Of a stretch of 64,000 bases of DNA, positions 28,201 through 49,360 are shown piece after piece. The position numbers were made by a program, and so were the translations under genes. The DNA comes from Neocallimastix sp. 'constans' (taxonomy: Eukaryota). Below the pieces are notes generated by a model, which had not been told where the DNA came from, made no database searches, and saw nothing but the letters and a program-made list of their open reading frames with translations. The stretch lies in the NCBI GenBank assembly GCA_050613775.1, contig JBODTK010000013.1, positions 1,364,001 through 1,428,000 on the forward strand, given 5' to 3'. Within the stretch, counting starts at the first letter, position 1; each line of letters opens with the position of its first letter.

Positions 28201-30852
28201 GACATTGATCATATTTCGAATTGAGTGTGGTATAATTTTGTGAGACGGTTTCCACAAGATTACTATCAATTACTTCTAAGGAATTATTCATTTTATCGAT
28301 CATTTGATTTATTTCTTTGATACTTGAGTTATACTGATTAGAGGATTTATCTACTTTATCTAAAATTTCTTGATAATCTTTTTGGGTTATGAAGGTTAAT
28401 TTCGCTTGAGCTATCTCTTCTTCTAATTTTTGGAGTTGATTTGTGAAGGCATCATTATTATTTTTGATATCTCTTTCGGAAATCATTTTATTATCATCAA
28501 TTCCCTTTTTAACTTCATTAATCTGATTACTTGTTGTCTTATTAATTTTATCTACATATCTTTCAATTTCTTTTCGATTTACACATTCTTTAAAGTCTTC
28601 CTTATAGGCTTCCAATATTTGATCAATTTGGACATATTTAAATTTAATTTTATTTTCTAATTCAATTAACTGTTTTTTCTGTTCCTCATCCATGGCATCG
28701 AATTTTTCACAAATAGCTTGATATTGTTCTTTTAATTTACTTAACGTCGTATTCATCTCTTGACTAAGTTCTATATTACTTTTTTTACCGTTCATTTCAA
28801 TATCTTGAATCATCTTATTCATATCTCGTGTACTGGTTTCTTGTGCTTCCTCTTGACTACTTAATTTATTGAAGAGCTGAGCAATTTTATATTTAATATC
28901 CTCTAGTATGTTATCGTTCGCCGTTATACTTTTATTTATATTTTGTTCATATCTTTCTAATGTCTCATCAAGCTTATTGTCGTAATTCTCTTTAAATAAA
29001 TTAATGTCTTGATTACATTTTTTCTCTAAATTTTGAATATTTTCATCTATTTTCATTTGATTCGCGGCACGTTCCTGTTCTTCTTTTTTTTGTGATTCTT
29101 CCATAAGATTTATCTTATCGAGAAGTTCTTTCATCGTATGTTGAAGAGAGTTGTTGAATTTTGTTTCGAAATCAGAAATAAGTTTAGAACAATTTGCTGA
29201 TTGCTTAGTTTGTTGTTTATTAATGGTATCTACTTTTTCTTTCATAATATTCGAAAGTGATTGTTGTTTTTCATTTATTTCAGTAATTTGTTTTTGTTTA
29301 CGTATTGAATTTTCATTTATTTTAGTAGTTAATGATTCATTGGATTTTTCAATATATTCACGAAGTTGAGTTTCCTTATCTTTAATAGCTGTTGCTATTA
29401 CACTTTGAGAGGCATTAATGGAGTCTTTTAGAGAATTAATATTCTGTATTTCTTTTTCTTCAACATTTTTAATTATATCCCATAAATTATTGAGGCTTTT
29501 TTTAATTTCATCTGTATTCATTTTTGATTTTGATTTTTCATTCTGAAGGGTTTCATTTAAACTACCGTATTTTAAAGTACAAAGCTTTTCATTATTTTTA
29601 ATTGTACTGCTTAATTCTTCTTTTATAGTTTCAAATTGCTTTTCTACTGATGTATTGCTTTTTTTAAAATCTTGTTTTAAGTTCCCTATTTGATTTTCAT
29701 AATCCCGTAGTAAATTTTCTAATCGTTTTTCATTAGAAGTAAGCTGTGTTCGCAGAGTTTCTATCGTGCTTTCTTGTTCGGTGATTTTTGCATTAAATTT
29801 TCGAATATAATTTTCTAGTGTATTCATTGTATTTTGCATGGTTTGAAGCTGATCATTATGTTCATTACGCCAGGTCATCTCTGAATTTTTCTGCTTTTCA
29901 GTATAGTTATAAAAAAGTTGAATGATTTTCGATTCACCTTGTTCTATACGTTCTAATAGTTGACTTTTAATATCATTTGCAGCAACTGAATTTTCTATGC
30001 ATTTATTATTGACGATTTCAACCGCTTTATTATTATTGTAGCAGAGTTGTTGTAATTTATCCATTTTTATTAAAATATGAGATACCGGTATTTTTTCAAT
30101 TAAAACATCTTCTTCTATCTTTTTTTTTCTTATTTTATCTTTATTCCCAATACTTGGCTTATATTCTATGCTGTCATGATTATTAATGCTAATGCTATCT
30201 AAAATATTATTAGTTATATTACTATTGCCGTCATTATTATAATTTGAAGAAAGTAAATTTTTTAAATTGTCATTGAAGATGCTATTATTACTATCAAAGT
30301 TACTATTAATACTTCTATTACTATTACTATTACTATTACTATTACTATTATAGTTGTTATTAATATTTCTGTTAATGTTATTGTTACTGGACAAATTATC
30401 TGAAAAAAGTATAGGATTTAGTTTTAAATTTGTTTTTTCAGAAAGTATATCTTTTTGAAAAAGATTTAGACTATCATTGCTAAATTCATTTTTGTTCTTT
30501 TTTTAATATGTATACATATAAATATATATTATTTTGTATACATTAAAAAAAATAAAGAGAAATTATAAGGGTATAAAAATGTTTTATAATTAATATGATA
30601 TTTTAAATATTAATATATATTTTATATATGATATATATATTATTATTATTATTATATAATTATTAAATTATAATTATTATTATTTTTAAAAATTAATTCT
30701 AATATTATTATTACATTAAGGGTATTATTTAGCAATCTTGTATTATTATTCGAATTTTTTAAGGTAATATTTTTTCTTGGACTATCCATAAAATATATAT
30801 CATCCACTTCTAGTTCATTTTTTCTTTCTTTAATTTTTCTTTATGATACACC

Positions 30853-30911
<59 letters not shown>

Positions 30912-31072
30912 CATAATAATTTATAAATATTTCATATATTTATTTAATATATAAAATATATTATATATTAAATAATATATAATAATATATATATGAATAT
31001 ATGATTTATATATTAGCATAATTAATATTTTATAAATGGATATATTATTTTTTAATAATAGTATATATTAAT

Positions 31073-31109
<37 letters not shown>

Positions 31110-31223
31110 AAGAAAAATAAACCTTTCTTTATCTTCATCAGTTTGTTGTTTTAAGAGTTCACCGTATTTTTTGGCCTCTATAGCTTTTTTATTTTCCCTT
31201 TTTAGGACTGCATCCCAATCCAT
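22217..31223 (-). CDS. Giant (~2800 aa) coiled-coil protein with an EKERL pentapeptide-repeat C-terminal half; function unknown; probably 3 exons
   Basis: 2725-aa ORF 22217-30394, extended upstream in frame to an acceptor near 30497. Two small GT-AG exons at about 30715-30838 and 31123-31223 (MDWDAVLKRENKKAIEAKKYGELLKQ). The small-exon model is less certain than the main ORF. Confidence 0.85.
22400..27065 (-). repeat. Coding 15-bp tandem repeat (EKE[RK][LIM]) with 513-558-bp higher-order units
   Basis: tttttctaatctttc-type 15-mers; marker ctctaatagt recurs at 23021, 23579, 24122, 24680, 25208, 25721. Confidence 0.95.
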
Positions 31224-32463
31224 TTTTTTTATTTATATTTTATATTTATTTTATTATATTAATTTCTATTTGATTTTTGTATTATTATTTATATATATTA
31301 ATTTTTTTTTTATTTTTTATGTTTTTTATGTCTTTACTTTAATTATTAATATATTAAGAAGAGTAATATTATTATATATATATGTATATTTTATTTGTTT
31401 TTATTAATATATAATATATATATATTATTTCTTTTTTATATTTTGAATAAATTATAAAAAATATTTAATTAAAAAAAAAAAAAAAGAGTTTTTTTCTTCA
31501 CTTTCTTTTCATATTTTCATTTTTTAATTTCTGGTATTATTTTAAAATAATAAAAATAACAAATAAAAATAACTAAAAAAAAATAATAGTAATAATAATA
31601 AAAACAAAAACTAAAAAACAATAATAAAAGCAAAACCTAAAAAAAAAAAAAATTTAAAAATTATTAAAGAAATAAGAAATATTAAACAATTCATTTGTTT
31701 ATTTTATACCTTAATTTATTTATGTCAAAAAAAACTTAAAATATATTATAAATATTATTATTATTTTTTTTTTTTTTTTTTTATTTTTTTTAGAAAAAAA
31801 AAATGTTACACTAATCTTAAAAAAAAAAAGCATTTATAAATAAAAATTTAAAATTGAAACAAAAAAAAAAAAAAGTATATATATATATAAAGTAATAATT
31901 ATAATTATTTATAATTATAAATGTTATTTAAAATTTTTTTTATTGAGACTAATCATATTTTGGTTACAGACACAACAACAAACAAAATTTTAAAATTGAA
32001 TTATTTTATTTATTTATTTATTTACATCTATTAATCTATCTACATATAATATATATATTTATATAATATATATATATATATATTTTTTTTTTATTTTTAT
32101 TTTTTTTTTAAAAAATTAAATAATAAAATATAAATATTATTCATAATTACAATAATAATTAAAATATTTATAATTAGTTATTGTAATTTAAAGTAAAAAA
32201 TTTTTATTTATAGCATTATAGCATTATCAATTGAATTTAATTATAGAGCTATATATGTATTATTATATTTATATATATAAATAAAATGAAAAAAAAAAAA
32301 AAAATTAAAATAATTGCAAAAAAAATACAATGATAAAAAAAAAATTTTTTAAAAAATTTTTATTATAAAATATTTGCAATAATTATAATAATAATAATAA
32401 TAATAATAATAGTAGTAGTAGTAATAGTAGTAGTAGAAGTAGTTATAGTCATGAATTTTTGAA

Positions 32464-38633
<6,170 letters not shown>

Positions 38634-38851
38634 TTCAAATTACATTTATGTAAAGATGTAAATTTGGTACATTATTTGAAAAAATTAACTTATTAAAATT
38701 CCTGATTATGTTCTTTATCAAACTAAAAATGCTGAAAATTCTTCAAAAAAAAACTTCAAAATTTGAATTATTTGGAATTAAAAATTCAAACTTATTTTTT
38801 TGTATTATCCATTTAAAATTAAAATTTTTATTTTATTTTAATTTATTTTTA

Positions 38852-38883
<32 letters not shown>

Positions 38884-38999
38884 ATTTTTTATTTTTTATT
38901 TTTTATTTTTTATTTTTTATTTTTTATTTGTTTTACTATATCTTTCCTGTCAAATTTATAATATCTAAATAAATATATAATATAATTATAAATATTTTT

Positions 39000-39030
<31 letters not shown>

Positions 39031-40298
39031 TATGAAAAAATGAAAAATGAAAATATTTATTTAATTATTTTATAGTCTTAGAATTTATTTATATACTAAA
39101 TCCTAAATATATATAATAGGATAAGAAAAGAAATTTTAATAATTTTTTATGATAAAATATTAATTTTGAATTAGAATAAATTTCTTTATTATCAATTATT
39201 ATAAATTCATACCAAAATATGATTAAACTTTACTAAAATGTATATTAAAATAATGAATATATGAAGTGAAAATATTATTATTTTAAATTTACAGAAATGT
39301 TTAAATAAATATATATTTTTTAAAGAAGAAATGTTAGAAAAAAAAAAAAAAAAAAAAAAAAGAAAAAAAGATTTCAAGATTATAAATTATTACAAAAACT
39401 ATAAATTAAGTAAAAATTAAGTTTTTTAAAAAAAGAAAAAAATAAAATAATTATAATACAAAAAAAATTTAGTAAAAGTAGAAAGAATATTAATATTCAC
39501 TTCTTTTTTTTTAACAAAATACATAAAATTAATTTTTTTCTATTATTTTAATCATTTAATTATTTTAATATAAATATTTATTATTTAATTATTTATTATT
39601 AATCTGTACTTTTTTTTAATATAATTAAATTAAAAAATATATCATAATGACACTATATTTTATAATTTAATATTAAAATTCAATATATTATAATATAAAT
39701 GTTAAATATATGAACATCATATGATCTAAAAAAAATTAAAAAATTTGTCTATTTTTTAAAACTTTAAATTCTATTAAAATTTAAACGGATTAATTCTATA
39801 TAATTCTGAATTTTATAAATTATTTTAAAAAAATATTTTATTGAATTTAAAATACAACAATAATAATAATTATTATAATTATAATATTATTATAATAAAT
39901 AAATAAATAAATAATGTCATTTCAAAAATGGATTCTATAAAATTATAATAATCTTTTTTTCTTTAAAAAATTAAAATAAAAAGAAATGAATATACTTAAT
40001 ATTAAATTATTGTATTTATTTATTTATTTATTTATTATGATTACTTTAAAATTATAATATATAAATATAATGTGAATATTTAAAAATATAAATAATATAA
40101 ATATTATTTATATTTTTTTTATATTTTATGCTCAAGTATTAAGAACAAAATATATAAAAATTCTTTATTATTCTAACGTAACATTAAAAATTAATAATTA
40201 AAAAATAATTTCATAACGATATATTTATTAATGAAATAATAAATAAAAAAAATCTAAAGTAAAGGTTGATATTCTATTGATTTTATATTATTTAATAA

Positions 40299-41431
40299 TT
40301 AATCAGAAGTAATAGCTTCTTCTGGGTAAATCTTAACAGATTTATTTGAACGACTCTTTGATCTACCCTTATCTTCTTTTGTTAACAATTCTATTTGTTC
40401 AGAGTTAATATTATCTTGAATATCATCAGCATTATATATTGTCTAGTGAAAGAAAAAAAATAGTTAAATATATATATAGTTATTATTCAGTAATTGAAAT
40501 ATTTCAAAAGTAAAAATATAAACAAAACAGTATTTAAATAATTAATAATAATAAAAATATTAAAAATATTTTTTTTACATTAGATATAAATTGTTGTTCT
40601 TGTTGTTTTTGCTTATCTTGTAATTCTCTTAATTTTCTATATTCTTCTACTCTTTTTTTCTTTTCTTCTTGTTCTAATTTGTATTGTTCTTGTTGTACTT
40701 GTACGTCTTCCTGGATTTTTTTCTTAAGATAATCTTTGTTTTCTTTTACTTTTTGAATTAACCATTCTATACCTATTTGATAAAAAGAATTTAATATTTT
40801 TTATAATAAACAATTAATATATATATATATATTATTTCATATTATTTTTTTAAAAAAATAATAATAATATTAATAAAAAATATATATATCTTAACAATCA
40901 TTTTAATATTATTGAAATTATTATTCAATATAAAGTATTATACTTATTAATTACATGAATCTATTCTTGAATCTCTTTTCCCTTTAACCAATAAACAAGT
41001 ACATGGGTATATTAATATTTTATCAATAGTAGTAATTCCATCCAATACATGTTGTTCAATATTTAATTTATTATAAACTTCCATATATTCAAATGATTCA
41101 ATTTTATCAACTTTATTTGCAATACTGTGTATTTATTATTATGTATAAAAAAGAAGAGTTAAAAAGATTATTTATTGTAATAAATTAAAATAAAATATTT
41201 ACAAATCGTTTGAAATAATATGTAAATTTAGATACATACATTAATATAGGTTTACCCTTCAACCTTTGATCTTTTAATACTTCTGGTAATAATTCTTTAG
41301 ATTGATTAATATTTTCTTCATTTGAAACATCGACAACGAATATAATTCCATAAATCTTTATTATTTATATTTTATATTTATCATTATAATAAAGTTAATA
41401 ACAATTTATAAATATAATTATTTTATTTGCT

Positions 41432-41513
<82 letters not shown>

Positions 41514-42113
41514 TATCATAATAATAATCATAATAATAATAACAAATAAAATAATTATATTTAAAAATTGTTAATATGATTATTATAATTATTATTATGA
41601 TATATTATTGTTATTATTATCATTATTATTATTATTATTATTATTATATTGTAATAAGATTCTAAATATATATATATTTTTTTTTATCTTTTGTATTTTT
41701 ACTTCAGCATAATAGTTATTCCAGATTCCTCTTATAGTTGGGGATCCACCGACATCATATAATGTAATTTCTTTTTTATTAACTTTAACAGTTTCGGTAG
41801 TAAAGCCCCAAGTTGGTGTTGGTACTTCAACATTATCTGTAATTTAAAAATTATTGAAAATTTATATATTAAAATTTTTAATATTTTTCAATAATTGAAA
41901 TTTCATATATAAATTTTATAGGACAAAACGTTATCAATATATATATATATATATATATTTATATAAAAAGTAATAACCATTCATTAATCGATGCAATAAT
42001 GTTGTTTTTCCAGTATCATTAATACCAATGATCAAAAATGTTGGTTTTTCGGTCTCTTTTTTTGAACTAAAGAAATTATATCTGCAGCAACAGCATGAAA
42101 AATAATAACCCAT
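40299..42113 (-). CDS. ARL13: ARL13-like ciliary Arf-family GTPase, 6 exons
   Basis: Spliced by eye: MGYYFSCCCC...LIIGINDTGKTT, PTWGF, LYDVGGSPTIRGIWNNYYAE, GIIFVVD, GKPILIIANKVD, then a coiled coil. No switch-II Gln, an IRGIW.NYYAE motif and a C-terminal coiled coil are ARL13 hallmarks. Confidence 0.88.
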
Positions 42114-42950
42114 TATTGTATACTAATTTCTTAAAAATTGAATTATATTATTTTCTCTTTCTTTATTTTATTTTAATTTATTTTATTTTTATTTTATTAT
42201 TATATATTAAAAATATAAAAAAACTCAAGATATATATTGTTTTATATAATATTATTATTTTAATTCTATTTTTTCTTTTTATTTTTTCTTCTTTTTTTTT
42301 TCTTTACTCTTTTTTTTTTTAATTTTAAAATAATATTAATGAATAAAGAGGATAAATGTATATTTTAAACTATTATCTCAAATTATAAAATCAAAATTTA
42401 AAATCAAAATCAAAAATCTAAATAGAATAATACTATAACATCAATTAAAATTTTTAGATTTTTATTTTAATTTTTTTTTTTTTTAAAGTTATGAGATAAT
42501 TAAACTTTTATACTATGTTTCGATATTTCTTTATTTTACTTATTAAAAAATTATATATATTTTTTTTCTAAATTTTAATTATTATTAAATCATCGAATAT
42601 TTATCAACAAAGTCAAAATATGCAAAAATAAACTATTAAAATATCTTCAATATGCTAAACTTCGAAACTTAATAATAAAATATTAAATAAAAGATATTTG
42701 AAGTAAAATAATAATTATAATATATTATTAACTTTTCTTACATAAATATAGAAAACATCTACTACAAATATATTAATAAAAATAATTTTATAAATTTTGA
42801 AAAAAAAAATATATATATATATATATATTTTCAAATATACATTTTAATTAATAATAACAATAATATATATATTATTTAAATAATCTTTTAATTCATGGTA
42901 ATAATAATAGTAATATAATATATATATTATTTAAATATATATTATTTTAA

Positions 42951-43390
42951 TGATATTAGCAATAATATTAAAAACTCAACTATTTAAATGATATTAGCAA
43001 TAATATTAAAAACTCAACTATTTAAATGATATTAGCAATAATATTAAAAACTCAACTATTTAAATGATATTAGCAATAATATTAAAAACTCAACTATTTA
43101 AATGATATTAGTAATAATATTAAAAACTCAACTATTTAAATGATATTAGCAATAATATTAAAAACTCAACTATTTAAATGATATTAGTAATAATATTAAA
43201 AACTCAACTATTTAAATGATATTAGCAATAATATTAAAAACTCAACTATTTAAATGATATTAGCAATAATATTAAAAACTCAACTATTTAAATGATATTA
43301 GTAATAATATTAAAAACTCTACTATTTAAATGATATTAGCAATAATATTAAAAACTCAACTATTTAAATGATATTAGCAATAATATTAAA
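42951..43390. repeat. 38-bp minisatellite, 11 full copies plus one partial
   Basis: tgatattag(c/t)aataatattaaaaactcaactatttaaa at exact 38-bp spacing (42951, 42989 ... 43369); no spacers. Confidence 0.95.
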
Positions 43391-44029
43391 TATTTAATGT
43401 GTAAAGATATTTAAAAATAAAAATAGTTATAATATTATAATAATAAGTTTATTAAATTTAAATAATAATTCAACAAAGGATGATTAGCTAAAAAATTTTT
43501 ATATTACAGTTTGGTTTAGATATGATATAGATTTTGTATTTTATTATTGCATTCCATTACAAATTACTAATGAATATAGTCATCACTTTCCATATAAGGC
43601 CATGGTTTTACTTTTATTATTATTAATTTTTTAATAAAATAATATTTGTGTGTGTTTTAAAAATATTAGTATCATTTAAACTATTTTTATTCATTAATAT
43701 TTTTAGATATAATAGGTTAAGAAAATATAAAAATATTTGATTTTCACATATATATAATGAATTATTATTTCATATTATTATAAATTGAATTTAACATCAA
43801 TTACATAAATTTATGTTAGTTATAAATATATTAATATTTATGTAAAGAAAAACCTTATATTAATAATTTATACTATTTATTATAGTAAACTATTTTTATT
43901 ATTTTAGATTATGATATTTTTCTAAAGTAGTGGTACTTTTACTAATAGTTTTAGTATGTCATTACAATTTGAATCATTTTTATTTATTTTTTACTATATT
44001 TAGTTTAAATATTTTTATTAATATTATTG

Positions 44030-44539
<510 letters not shown>

Positions 44540-44903
44540 TTCTCTATATAATTATTTAATTGCATGAAAAAAATCTGTTATTTTATTAAAATTAACATGA
44601 TTGTAATAATAATATAAAGAAATAATATAATAAATATGTATTATATATTATATATTAACATGATTTAGACATTATTAAATAAACTAATCACATGACTAGT
44701 TCCAATAAATTAATTTCATAAATAACTTAATTTCATAATTTAATTTATAACTTCTTTTTATTTTTTTATAAATCTACATGAAAATTTTAATTAAAAATAT
44801 AATAAAACTTTATAAAGTATCTATATTCATAAAATATATAAAAGGTCATAAAATAATAACAAATAAACACAAAGAAAAAAAATAATAATAACAATAATTC
44901 AAT

Positions 44904-46191
44904 ATGAATAATAATAGTAATGAAAATTTAAATATCAAGGAAAATGAAAGTTTGTCAAGTTTTAAAGTTCTAGAAGAAAATGAACATAAAAGATAATTAA
45001 TTAATACTAATAAATAGATAATTCAATAAAAATAAAATATAATGAACAAAGTCAAACTATAGAAATAAATGATAAAACTGAAGTTGAAAATATTCCAACC
45101 AAGAAAAAAGAGTATATTGGATTGATTTTCCTAGAATATTTGCATGTTATTTAGTTATTTTTACTCACGCATGTCTCAGAGGAACTAAAGTAAAATTTGC
45201 GACATATGAATGGAAAGTTTTAGTATCTTATAATTCAATAACCGCTTATACCTGTGTACCTTACTTTGTTATGATTAGTGGTATACTAATTTTAAATCCT
45301 ATGAAAAAATTACTATTAAAACCATATTTTCGAAATATATTTTACGTATGTTTAATGCTTATGTTTTCTGGATTTTGTGTTATGCTGTTGTTGACCCTTT
45401 TATTTTGAAAAAAAGGTTCAGTTCAATATAAAGATTTATTAAGAAATATAATTAATTTTTTTTTAATAGTAGTGGATATTTATGGTATCTAAATTTTACT
45501 ATTGATCTTTATATGGCAACCCCAATTTTTAAAATTATTGTTTCTGATAGAATTGTAACATAGTATCTTATTATTGTATTCTATTTTATTGAACAGTTTA
45601 TGCCTACTGCTACTTATTTATTAGTCAATTATTATAAAATAGAGCAATTCCAATATTTAAGAAATTTTGTTAATACTCTTAAATTTAAAACTTGCAGGAG
45701 GTAATATAGTTTACTTTTTCTTAGGGTATATATTGTTAAATATTCATGTATTTTCCAAAAAAAAAAAAAATATGTTTATTTATGTTATCTTACCTCTGCT
45801 ATTAGATTTGGAATCTCTATTTATTAAAAATTGAAATTAGCTCTCAGAGATGGTAAAGATAATTATGAAATGATAAAAATGACTTGTTTCAATTCGGTAA
45901 TATCTGCTGTTGGTGTATTTCTGTTTTTCAAACATACTTTAAATGGATGGATTAAACATTTAATGGAGAAAGAAAAAATAAGAAAATTTATTCTTATTGT
46001 TTCTGAATGTACCTTTGGTGTTTATTTAATACATGCTACCGTTCTTTATTATATCTATCATTCTTTATTTTTAATGCAAATACTTTTAATCCATTATTTT
46101 GGACTCCTATTTACACTTTTATAATATTTTTTGTATGTTTTATCATAACATATATAATAAGAAAGAACCTATTTTAAGAAATATCACATAG
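44904..46191 (+). pseudogene. Acyltransferase family 3 (OafA/WecH-like membrane O-acyltransferase), frameshifted
   Basis: WIDFPRIFACYLVIFTH, CVPYFVMISG, YLWYLNFTIDLYMATP, SECTFGVYLIH in correct order across changing frames; in-frame TAG near 45561; no clear introns. Confidence 0.82.
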
Positions 46192-46788
46192 ATAATATAG
46201 GATAGAAGATTATAATTTAGTATTAATATTAATTTTTTATTTTTATTTTATATTTTTTTTATAATATAAATTAATAATTGACTTATCTGTTTATTTTTTT
46301 TTTTTTTTTTTTTTTTTATGATATAAATTAGAAATAAAAGTTATTAATAGATTATAAAAATTTTTTTTGTTAATAAATAAAATTTAAATAAATATCAACA
46401 AGTTTTTAATTTATAATTAATTTTTTTTTTTTTTTTAAAAAAAAATAAATAATAATAATAATAATAAATATTTTATTATTAAAATAAGAATTAAATTTTA
46501 TTATTATTATTTTTATATATAATTATTTAAATCATATTATCCTAGTTTTACCTAGTCTTTCATCTACCACAATAATAATAATAATCGCCCTTCCCAGAAC
46601 AAACCTATAGAAACTGAATCTCTTGACATTATTTCTCTTGCTTCGAGAGAGTATCTGATGATCTGCTAACCGATGGTTATATCTTATTATTTTTTTTCTT
46701 TTTTTTCTTTTTTTTTTAGTAGACAATCTTGGTTATAAAATATTTTTATTATTTTTTATAATATTTATTTATATATATTTTTTATTTA

Positions 46789-46906
<118 letters not shown>

Positions 46907-48328
46907 AAAAAAATTACTATTTGAATTTTGGATAACAATTAATTACATAAATATTATATGAATTAAAAATATGGTTGAAGAAATGATAAATGAACTCCTT
47001 TCGATAATTACTTTTGGGGAGAAATTTTAAAATAGGAAATATTAATTTTATTACAGTTTTAGCATTACATACGAATAATAAAATAAAAAAAACTATTTAA
47101 CATAACAATTATAAAAATAAAATAATATGAACATAATATTTTTCATAATTATATGTTGTAGTGTGATTTCATATTTAGCATTAAATTAAATATCAGCCTC
47201 AATTACAAACTTATGTTTTTTTTTCTCTAAGATTAATATATTTATATTTTAATATATAAACAATTTTATATTTATTAAGGTTTTTATTTATATTTTATAT
47301 TAGAAATAAATATATATATTTATATGTTACAATGTAAAGAAATAAATTAAATTAGTTTTGTGTCAAATAAATTAAATATATTCTAGTAATTTGTGTTACT
47401 ATTAATATTATATATTAAAATATAATATAATATATATTATTTTTAAAGGAGTTAATTGAACAAAAATAATAAAAACTTTTTTTTAAATAAATAATAAATA
47501 ATAAAAATATATCTAAATAATATATTATTGATAATGTAATTCAATTTGATTTATATATTAAAAATGAAATGTTCGTTTTTATAGGATAAATTTTTTATAA
47601 TAATTATAGTTTTTAATTATAATTAATCTTAATTCGTTCATCTATTTCTCTATTTATTTATTTATTTAGTTATTTATTTATTTATTTTTATTTATTTATT
47701 TAATTTACATATCTACAAAGTAAAATTGGATAATATGATTAATTATAAAGAACGGTTTGTATATCAATAATAATAATAATAATAATAATTATAATTATAA
47801 TTATAATTAACAATAATAATAATTAGAAATATATAATATATATAATTTTTCATAATAAAAATTAAAAAAGAAAAAATAAACAATACGCATTATAATAATA
47901 GAAGTAATAGTTTTGCATAAAAAATTAAATAGAAAAAATAAAAAGCTAAATCTTTTGTAAATAATATTTTTTTTTTTTGTTTGAATAAAATTAAATATTT
48001 GCAATCTGATTGATAATTATTATTACTATTTAATTAAATAATAAATAATATTTATTATTTAATTATATATATTTATTATTTACATTGTAAAACCAGTTTG
48101 CTATAGGATAATTAAAATTTTAATAATACTTATAAAATTTTTATTCTAATTATTTTTTTTCGAAATGTATTTTATAAATATTAAAAAGTTAAAAATTAAA
48201 TATTAAATTACTAATAATAAATATTATTAAATTACTAATAATAAATATTAATATATAAAGATATAAATAATCTATATTTATTATTAATTATAGTTATTAA
48301 TTACAGATAATAATAATTTGTATATTTA

Positions 48329-48374
<46 letters not shown>

Positions 48375-48752
48375 AAATCTTTTTTTTTTATTTTTATTTA
48401 TTTTTTAAATTTTTCTCTAATATATTTAAATTATTTAAAATAAAAAAGAAAAAGAAAAAGAGAAAAAGGAAAAGAAAAGTTCTTTTTTTTTTTTTTTTTT
48501 TTATAAAAAAATATTATTTCTTTTTTTTTTCTTTAGTTATATATATTATTTTTTTTTTCAATTTTTAATTTATTATAAACTTTTAATTTAATATTCGTTA
48601 TATTTACATTTAAAAAAAAATTAAAAAGAAAAAAAAGAAAAATATTAAATATACCGTAATTATATAATATTTTATAAATAATAATATTTTGATAATCAAT
48701 AGAAATCAATAGATAATAAACAGAAATAAATAAAGATTATTTATAATTATTT

Positions 48753-48795
<43 letters not shown>

Positions 48796-49360
48796 ATTAT
48801 CATTTTCTACTTGTATATAGAAAGAAGGAGCAAATAATAAGCGAACATTAAAATTATAATCACAAAAAAAGAAAAAAAAATTGAGAATAGGAAAAAGAAT
48901 TTTTCTAAAATATATTTCTTTTTCTTAATCTCAATTTTATATATATATATTGCAATAACTTTTAAAAAAAAATTATAAAATATTAAAGAAAATTCATAAT
49001 GAAATAAAATAATAAAAATAAAGTAAATATTAATAATTTTGTTAATAAATAAATAATATCATAAGCTATCTATATAATAGATAAAAATATTAATTATAAA
49101 AATTAAAATTAATTAGATTTAAAATATTTAATAGAAATAAGATAAATTTAATTCGATATTAAGAACAAATCACCGAGAAAAATATTAATTTATAAAATAT
49201 TTTGAAACAGTAATAAATACTATCATTTTATTAGTAAAAAAAGATATAGATAAAAGAAAATAAATAAGAAGAATATAAGACCTATTAAGTAAAAATTTGA
49301 TTTTACATAATTTCACAATAGAAATATTTTAATATATTAAATTTTTAACTAAAAAGCAAA

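Noticed and set aside
42951..43390. CRISPR-like regular array
   Set aside because: Units are contiguous with no unique spacers; no cas genes; eukaryotic context
46540..46690. GC-richer patch containing GAAAC and CTGATGA, suggesting a hammerhead ribozyme or C/D snoRNA
   Set aside because: Could not build stems II and III or a box D with a terminal stem; probably a TE scrap. An Infernal search would settle it
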